From Candidatus Moranbacteria bacterium RIFOXYB1_FULL_43_19 (GTDB lineage Bacteria; Patescibacteriota; Minisyncoccia; Moranbacterales; UBA11712): a stretch of DNA of 64,000 bases. Numbering within the stretch: the stretch's first letter is position 1; each line of letters begins with the position of its first letter. The position numbers and the translations under genes were made by a program. Under the pieces are notes generated by a model. It searched no databases. It had not been told where the DNA came from and saw only the letters and a list, made by a program, of their open reading frames with translations. Positions 58,342 through 64,000 of this stretch are shown in pieces. The DNA lies in assembly GCA_001784875.1 (NCBI GenBank), contig MFSH01000015.1, positions 47,933 to 111,932 on the forward strand. Direction: 5' to 3'.

Positions 58342-59972
58342 TCCGGAAAATAGTATATAAATTGAAAAATTCCCAGCCATCGAATTCGATCAATTCGGCG
58401 GCTTTTATCATCGCCACAGCCGGAATCTTGAGCCGGGCTTTGGGGCTGGTCCGGGACAGGATTTTGGCGGCAAACTTTGGGGCGGGGGATACGCTTGACA
58501 TATATTACGCCTCATTCCGCGTGCCGGATCTCATCTATAATCTGCTTATTCTCGGAGCCTTGAGCGCCGCTTTTATTCCGGTTTTCACGAGCCTTCTGGC
58601 CCACGAAAAAAGAGAGGAGGCCTGGAAGCTTGCCAACGGCCTTCTCTCGCTGGCTTTTCTAGTCCTGTTTTTCATCAGCCTTGTTTTTGCCATCTTCACT
58701 CCTTTTTTCATGAAATTCATTACTCCCGGATTTTCCGGAGAAAAGCTGGCTGCAGTCGTGAAACTGACCCGGATTATGTTTTTGAGCCCGATTTTTCTCG
58801 GCATCAGCGGCGTATTCGGGGGGATTCTCAATTCCTTCAAGCGGTTTCTCATCTACTCTCTGGCGCCGCTTTTTTATAACCTGGGAATAATTTTGGGAGT
58901 CGTTTTTCTTGTTCCTATTTTTGGAATATCCGGATTGGCCTGGGGCGTGGCTGGAGGAGCCCTTCTTCATATGCTGGTCCAATATCCGGCCGTGAAACTG
59001 AGCGGCTTCAAGTTTTCCCCGGCTTTGAACCTTCGCAACGGGAATCTCCGGAAAGTTTTGAAGCTTATGATACCCCGGACGATGGGACTGGCGGTGACAC
59101 AGGTCAATCTCTTGGTCGTGACGATCATCGCTTCGACATTGCCGGCTGGAAGTTTGGCTATATTTAATTTCGCCAATAATTTGCAAAGTTTTCCGATCGG
59201 AGTTTTTGCTATCCCGTTTGCCCTGGCGGTTTTTCCGAGCCTTTCCTATTTTGCCGCCAAAGAGGAAAAGGGGAATTTTATTGATTCCTTTTCCCGGACA
59301 TTCCGGCAAATTCTTTATTTCGCCATTCCGGCCAGCGTGCTTATCCTGGTCCTGCGTGCCCAAATCGTGCGGGTGATTCTGGGAAGCGGGAATTTTGACT
59401 GGGAAGACACGATCCTTACCTTTCAGGCTTTGGGTATTTTTGCCGTGAGCCTTTTTGCCCAGTGCCTGGTTCCGCTTCTCGCGCGGTCGTTCTATGCCCT
59501 TCAAAACACAAAAATTCCTTTTTACACCGGAATTGTGAGTGAAGTCGTCAATTTGACGCTAGCCCTTGTCCTCTCGCGCTTGTATGGTATTTTGGGGCTT
59601 GCCTGGGCATTTTCGCTTTCGAGCATGGTCAATATGTTCCTTCTTTTTTTGATTCTCCGATCAAAAACGGGTGATCTCGATGACAAAAAAATCATTTCCG
59701 TGACGGCTAAAATAAGCCTCTTTGCCCTTCTTGCCGGCGGGGTTGCCCAACTTTCAAAATATATTGTCGGGCCGTACACCGACACAGAAACTTTTCTGGG
59801 AATCTTTACCCAGCTTGCGGCGGGTGGCGCCGTCGGCTTAGCGCTCTTTTTTGTTCTGTCTTATGCTTTTCGGCTGGAAGAATTTGAAGCGGTCAAAAAA
59901 CTTCTTTCCGGAAAATTTTTGCGCCAGCGCCAGTCCATTCCGGACGACCCGACCGAGGCCAGCGGGCTTTGA
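58338..59972 (+). CDS. murJ: Lipid II flippase MurJ
   Basis: SRALGLVRD, GALSAAFIPVF, FYALQNTKIP. Confidence 0.95.
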   Translation: MIRKIVYKLKNSQPSNSINSAAFIIATAGILSRALGLVRDRILAANFGAGDTLDIYYASFRVPDLIYNLLILGALSAAFIPVFTSLLAHEKREEAWKLANGLLSLAFLVLFFISLVFAIFTPFFMKFITPGFSGEKLAAVVKLTRIMFLSPIFLGISGVFGGILNSFKRFLIYSLAPLFYNLGIILGVVFLVPIFGISGLAWGVAGGALLHMLVQYPAVKLSGFKFSPALNLRNGNLRKVLKLMIPRTMGLAVTQVNLLVVTIIASTLPAGSLAIFNFANNLQSFPIGVFAIPFALAVFPSLSYFAAKEEKGNFIDSFSRTFRQILYFAIPASVLILVLRAQIVRVILGSGNFDWEDTILTFQALGIFAVSLFAQCLVPLLARSFYALQNTKIPFYTGIVSEVVNLTLALVLSRLYGILGLAWAFSLSSMVNMFLLFLILRSKTGDLDDKKIISVTAKISLFALLAGGVAQLSKYIVGPYTDTETFLGIFTQLAAGGAVGLALFFVLSYAFRLEEFEAVKKLLSGKFLRQRQSIPDDPTEASGL

Positions 59973-60062
59973 TGGCTTCCATGTGTCCGCCTTTTTTTAT
60001 TTGCAAAAAACAGGCTTTGGGTGCTAGGATATTGCAAATTCCGAAAAGAGGAGGATTGGGCA

Positions 60063-60620
60063 ATGACCCAAAAGAGATATACGGAAAAGAATGATTTCGT
60101 CGCCATAATGGGACGGAACACCGACGGCAAAATCCAGGCAAGGCTCTGGAAACGCATATTTCCGATGGTGGAGAAGGTCAAATTCTTTGTCAACCAAATT
60201 CTGGCCCAAATGATCCACGACCGGGTCATCTGGGATCCGAACAACTCCCGTGAAGAATCCGATTGGTTTGCGGCAGAGAAGCTTTTGCTTCGGACATATA
60301 ACAGCGAGGGGTTCCTGGATATCACTATCGGGTGTTTCCTTTTGGAAGCCGCCAGGGTTCTTCAGATATGGGATCCAAAGAGCTATAACCTCGATCAGGT
60401 GATTGTGAAAAAAAGCGAAAGCTTCTTCATTGTGGGCAAAAAGTTTTTCCTCTATCTCAACGAAATGGCCGTTTCTGGCAAGGGAATATGGCATATCTTT
60501 CAAACAGCCGCCGCCGACGTGGAGATAAATTTTGAAAGCGTCGAGCGCTCGATGTGGGTTGAGCTTGATGAATTGTTCCGTGATTTGGAAAACGAGGGAT
60601 ATCACTGGTTTAGCGGGTGA
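60063..60620 (+). CDS. Hypothetical protein
   Basis: Open frame with GAGGAGG upstream; DWFAAE motif reminiscent of DUF2934. Confidence 0.65.
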   Translation: MTQKRYTEKNDFVAIMGRNTDGKIQARLWKRIFPMVEKVKFFVNQILAQMIHDRVIWDPNNSREESDWFAAEKLLLRTYNSEGFLDITIGCFLLEAARVLQIWDPKSYNLDQVIVKKSESFFIVGKKFFLYLNEMAVSGKGIWHIFQTAAADVEINFESVERSMWVELDELFRDLENEGYHWFSG

Positions 60621-60641
60621 AATCCGGGAGGAGGAAAGGTT

Positions 60642-60845
60642 ATGACGCTATACAAGTATAACTCCCAAGAGGCGGAACTGAAGGAATTGGCTCCTCTTCT
60701 GAACCTTGCGTTTGACGACAAAACTCCACTCTTCGCGCACTTTCGCAAGGGCGCAAAACCTGTGGGTTATGTCGTCCGTCCTGGTGTTATTTTTTTGCCA
60801 GACGATATCCAAATTCCGGCGGAGTTGTTTCTCCGACGCTTATAG
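60642..60845 (+). CDS. Small hypothetical protein
   Basis: 67 aa, GGAGGAGGAAAGG upstream. Confidence 0.6.
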   Translation: MTLYKYNSQEAELKELAPLLNLAFDDKTPLFAHFRKGAKPVGYVVRPGVIFLPDDIQIPAELFLRRL

Positions 60846-60885
60846 AGAGGGGGAAACAATTGAAACAGGCGCTAAAACACAAGGT

Positions 60886-60918
60886 CCGGAGATGCAATCA
60901 TCACTCCGGGCTTTTTTA
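60886..60918 (+). terminator. Intrinsic terminator
   Basis: CCGGAG...CTCCGG then GCTTTTTT. Confidence 0.6.
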
Positions 60919-61009
60919 TTTGGGAAAGAAATTCAAGTATGGTCCAAAAAAAAGGCCAAGGAGCGAAATATGGCTCTTGGCCTTGCAGGGAGAGCATGAC
61001 AATCATGGC

Positions 61010-61603
61010 TTATCTCTCCCAATCGAGTAGAACAATGCTTTGCTCGGGTATAACCCTTTTCAGCTCCTGCCGATGGAAAACCTGGGCTTCTGGCTCGTAT
61101 ATCCAGGCGAAATATTCATTGGTGTTGATATGGATACCGGGCATCAGATTTTTGTCAATTTTTTCCGTGCGGACAAATCCGGATTCGTCGCAAACATCCT
61201 CGCAAATTTTTTTCGGGTTGAAAAGAATCCAGTCTCCGCAATAAAGCTCCTTTTTTTTCATGTCGATACTTCCCTGAAGCGAAGGAGCCTCTTTTTTCTG
61301 GATGAGCTCGGTGATCAGTTTTGAAAGAGCCATATTGCCTAAATAAGCTTTCTTGAGTTCTTTGGCGAGCTCCTCCACGAGCATCCTGGACCCGACAAGC
61401 TCGGCGTTAGTCTCGAACAGCTCTTGAACAAGATCGTCGGCTTTCTTTTTGAGCCGGGTTATTTCTTCCTGCGCCCCCGCGGCAGTTATTTTTGCCAGAT
61501 CACGAATTTTTTCATTCGGCGGATCTTGGCAAAAAGCCTTAGGAACAACCGCAACAAAAAAAACAGCAACGAATCCCAACAGCAATTTTTTACCCATTGG
61601 CAT
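61010..61603 (-). CDS. Secreted coiled-coil hypothetical protein
   Basis: GGAGGA before ATG 61603; signal peptide MPMGKKLLLGFVAVFFVAVVPKAFC; heptad region. Confidence 0.7.
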   Translation of the reverse strand: MPMGKKLLLGFVAVFFVAVVPKAFCQDPPNEKIRDLAKITAAGAQEEITRLKKKADDLVQELFETNAELVGSRMLVEELAKELKKAYLGNMALSKLITELIQKKEAPSLQGSIDMKKKELYCGDWILFNPKKICEDVCDESGFVRTEKIDKNLMPGIHINTNEYFAWIYEPEAQVFHRQELKRVIPEQSIVLLDWER

Positions 61604-61739
61604 GTCCTCCCTCCCTTTCAGCGATTTTGTATAGTCTACCAACCAATTTCCGGAATTGTCAATCGTGCAAACGTCAGCATTTCTTTTTTCTTGAATAAAA
61701 CGGGAGATTGAAGTAGGATAAGGATAAAAATACACCAAT

Positions 61740-62138
61740 ATGGACACTCAAAACTGGTATCAATCACTAATCAAACCACAATGGGCACCTGCGCCATCAA
61801 TCTTCGGCATTGTATGGCCCATACTATACGCGATCATCGCCGTGACTTTCGGCGCGGCCGGGTATATGTTTTGGAAAGGCCGGATATCTTTCCTCGTCCT
61901 TTTGCCTTTTATACTGAATATTATTTTCAACCTGGCTTTCACGCCGATCCAGTTTAGGCTCCAGAACAATCTTCTGGCCGCGGTTGATATTTTACTTGTC
62001 CTCGGAACGCTCATCTGGGCGATGATGGCCATCTGGCCTCATGCGAAATGGATTGCGCTGGCCAACATCCCGTATCTTTTGTGGATCCTTTTTGCAACCG
62101 CGCTGCAACTCACCATCACATATCTCAATTGGAAATAG
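61740..62138 (+). CDS. tspO: TspO/MBR tryptophan-rich sensory protein
   Basis: WYQSLIKPQWAP...FG.VW.ILY, PYLLW..FA..L. Confidence 0.93.
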   Translation: MDTQNWYQSLIKPQWAPAPSIFGIVWPILYAIIAVTFGAAGYMFWKGRISFLVLLPFILNIIFNLAFTPIQFRLQNNLLAAVDILLVLGTLIWAMMAIWPHAKWIALANIPYLLWILFATALQLTITYLNWK

Positions 62139-62198
62139 GGGATTGGATGTAGACTATAAGTAAGGCGAACATAAAAGATATTTTGAAAATCTAGTATC

Positions 62199-63200
62199 AT
62201 GAAAAAAAGAAAACCGGAAATTAAAAAAGGAGAAATTGTGATCTACGAGTCCCAAGGTGGGCCTAGATTAGAGGTGCATTTAGAACAAGAAACTGTCTGG
62301 CTAAATCAAAAACAGATTGCTCTTTTGTTTGGAACGCAGAGGCCGGCCATAACGAAACATTTGAATAATATTTTAAAATCGGGAGAATTAAGTAAAAATT
62401 CAGTTAGTTCCATTTTGGAACATACTGCAGCAGATGGTAAAAAATACAAAACACAATTCTATAGCCTGGATGCAATTATTTCCATCGGTTATCGCGTGAA
62501 TTCCAAGCGAGCGACCCAATTCCGTATTTGGGCGACGAAGACGCTCCGCAGCCACTTAATCCAAGGTTACACTATAAATGAAAAGCGGCTAATGCAGGCT
62601 CAAAACCAATTCAAAGAACTTCAAAAAACCATCTCATTTCTAAAAGAAAAATCAAGCCACAAGCTTCTCGCCGGGCAAGAAAAAGAAATTTTGAGTCTGC
62701 TGGAAAGTTACTCCAAGACTTTGAGCCTGCTTGAGCAATATGACAAGGAAAAGCTGACCCTCTCAAAAAAGGCAAAAGGGAAATTTATTCTGAAATACGA
62801 ACACGCAAAAGAGGTGATCGGCAAAGTGAAGAAAAGATTGACAGTCAAAAAAGAAGCCAGCAACTTGTTTGGGCAGGAAAACAGCGAGAAGCTCAAAGCG
62901 ATTTTGGGAAATATTTATCAGACGTTTGCCAAGAAAGAATTATATCCGTCGCTTGAGGAAAAAGCGGCGCATCTTTTGTATTTTGTCATCAAAGACCATC
63001 CGTTCGTGGACGGCAACAAGCGCGTCGGTTCTTTTCTGTTTGTCTATTTTTTGGATAAAAACAATTATCTCCTCAAAAAGAGCGGAGAACGGAAAATTAA
63101 TGACAATGCGCTCACGGCGCTTTCGCTTTTGATTGCCATCAGCGCTCCAAGGGAAAAAGACAAGCTGATCAAAATTGTCACCAATTTATTGGCGGGATAG
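62199..63200 (+). CDS. RhuM-family DNA-binding domain fused to Fic/Doc domain
   Basis: ETVWLNQKQIA.LF, IISIGYRVNS.RATQFR.WA; HPFVDGNKR. Confidence 0.92.
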   Translation: MKKRKPEIKKGEIVIYESQGGPRLEVHLEQETVWLNQKQIALLFGTQRPAITKHLNNILKSGELSKNSVSSILEHTAADGKKYKTQFYSLDAIISIGYRVNSKRATQFRIWATKTLRSHLIQGYTINEKRLMQAQNQFKELQKTISFLKEKSSHKLLAGQEKEILSLLESYSKTLSLLEQYDKEKLTLSKKAKGKFILKYEHAKEVIGKVKKRLTVKKEASNLFGQENSEKLKAILGNIYQTFAKKELYPSLEEKAAHLLYFVIKDHPFVDGNKRVGSFLFVYFLDKNNYLLKKSGERKINDNALTALSLLIAISAPREKDKLIKIVTNLLAG

Positions 63201-63301
63201 TATATGAGCAAGTAGCATGTTACGTAGCAAAATACGTAAAAGAATAAATCAAATATATGGACAAAAATAAAAATGTGCGGAAATTGACGAGGCAGGGTTT
63301 A

Positions 63302-63581
63302 CCCCATCAAATAATTTCAAATAAAAAAGATGTTTTACACTTACGTTTTATTGTCAGGTAAAGACAGGAATTTTTACACAGGGTATACAAAGGATTTGAA
63401 ATTAAGATTTGAGCGACACAAGAAAGGGCAGGTTGATTCAACTAAAAACAGGCGGCCGCTGAAATTGATATACTATGAAGCCTGTCTGAATCAGCAAGAT
63501 GCAACCCACAGAGAAAAATACTTAAAGAGACATTACGGAAAAATGTTTTTGAAGAATCGGCTCAAATCTTATTTGACGGGG
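63302..63581. mobile_element. TIR-bounded element carrying a GIY-YIG nuclease
   Basis: CCCCATCAAATAA (63302-63314) / TTATTTGACGGGG (63569-63581), 12/13 complementary. Confidence 0.65.
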
Positions 63582-63587
63582 AAATGA
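63330..63587 (+). CDS. Small GIY-YIG nuclease
   Basis: YTYVL...FYTGYT.DL..RF..H..G....TK.RRP..LIYYE......A..REKYLK. Confidence 0.93.
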   Translation: MFYTYVLLSGKDRNFYTGYTKDLKLRFERHKKGQVDSTKNRRPLKLIYYEACLNQQDATHREKYLKRHYGKMFLKNRLKSYLTGK

Positions 63588-63602
63588 AAAGCAGAAGGTT
63601 TG

Positions 63603-63636
63603 CCCCGTTAAATTGCGCAGCAATATTTAATTGGGG
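63603..63636. repeat. 34-bp minimal inverted-repeat element
   Basis: CCCCGTTAAAT-TGCGCAGCAAT-ATTTAATTGGGG. Confidence 0.6.
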
Positions 63637-63670
63637 GATTGGAGGAGTAAGAAATAAATTTATCAAACTT

Positions 63671-64000
63671 ATGGATAAAACTACCCGCGAGGAGATAAAA
63701 AGAAACCTCAAACTTTCGCTACGCAAATACGTATCAAATTTTGTTTATAAAAACATACAACCGCTAGACTTTCTGATTCCGAAGGAAAGAAAGATCCGTT
63801 CCGTCGTCGGTGGACTTGAAACCAGCATGGGTACGACAGTTTGGGAGCCAATAGCCAAAACACTTGCGGAAATGAACGGTTTTGAAATTATTGAACAAAA
63901 AATACTTAAGCCTAAGCCCTTCCCAGAGAAACTCGCAAATGAATTGAGCAAGTTAATTACCCTGAGAGAAAACAAGAAGACCTGGATTCCAACAAAAGAA
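63671..64000 (+). CDS. Partial type II restriction endonuclease, TdeIII-family-like
   Basis: ATG 63671, open to the window end; ERKIRSVVGGLETSMGTTVWEPIA recalled as TdeIII-family-like. Confidence 0.6.
   Translation, partial: MDKTTREEIKRNLKLSLRKYVSNFVYKNIQPLDFLIPKERKIRSVVGGLETSMGTTVWEPIAKTLAEMNGFEIIEQKILKPKPFPEKLANELSKLITLRENKKTWIPTKE

Larger units (their letters stand above)
63257..63657 (+). pseudogene. Fragmented AbrB/MazE-like small DNA-binding gene
   Basis: Pieces MDKNKNVRKLTRQG / NEKQKV / DWRSKK* separated by two inverted-repeat elements. Confidence 0.5.

Noticed and set aside
59973-61700. Prophage remnant
   Set aside because: Orphan ORFs only; no integrase, structural or replication genes and no att repeats seen
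1-64000. Recoded genetic code (UGA=Gly) as in Gracilibacteria/Absconditabacteria
   Set aside because: Conserved genes are full length in code 11 and several end at TGA at expected positions (tsf, mraY, ATGA overlaps)

Overview
A 64 kb, gene-dense, mostly plus-strand chromosomal segment, probably from a Patescibacteria/CPR (Parcubacteria-like) bacterium. This is inferred from short EF-Ts, B2-less PheT, type-2 ValRS, archaeal-type AspRS, editing-less ProRS, DUF4012, and core genes without Shine-Dalgarno sites. Core content: prmC-prfA, rpmE, rpsB-tsf, tRNA-Thr and tRNA-Tyr, pheS/pheT, valS, ispH, proS, glyA, speD, aspS, scpAB, a DD-carboxypeptidase, mraY, pgk-eno-gpmI-pfkB-acd, recJ, rnhA, an enlarged RNase P RNA, a polysaccharide locus with murJ, and an accessory tail (TspO, RhuM-Fic, GIY-YIG, partial type II restriction enzyme). 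Two things stand out. (1) An AT-rich, translationally coupled cassette at 23.2-27.3 kb encodes a DMT/EamA transporter, a PRMT-like methyltransferase, a SET/post-SET methyltransferase and a multi-TM sensor histidine kinase, and may be a methylation-based signal synthesis/export/sensing module. (2) A pervasive set of miniature palindromic elements with ACCCCG-type terminal inverted repeats lies between genes, supplies the N-termini of EF-Ts and GpmI and forms helices of RNase P RNA. One copy carries a GIY-YIG nuclease gene inside a disrupted AbrB-like gene. All calls come from motif recognition by eye; no searches were run.
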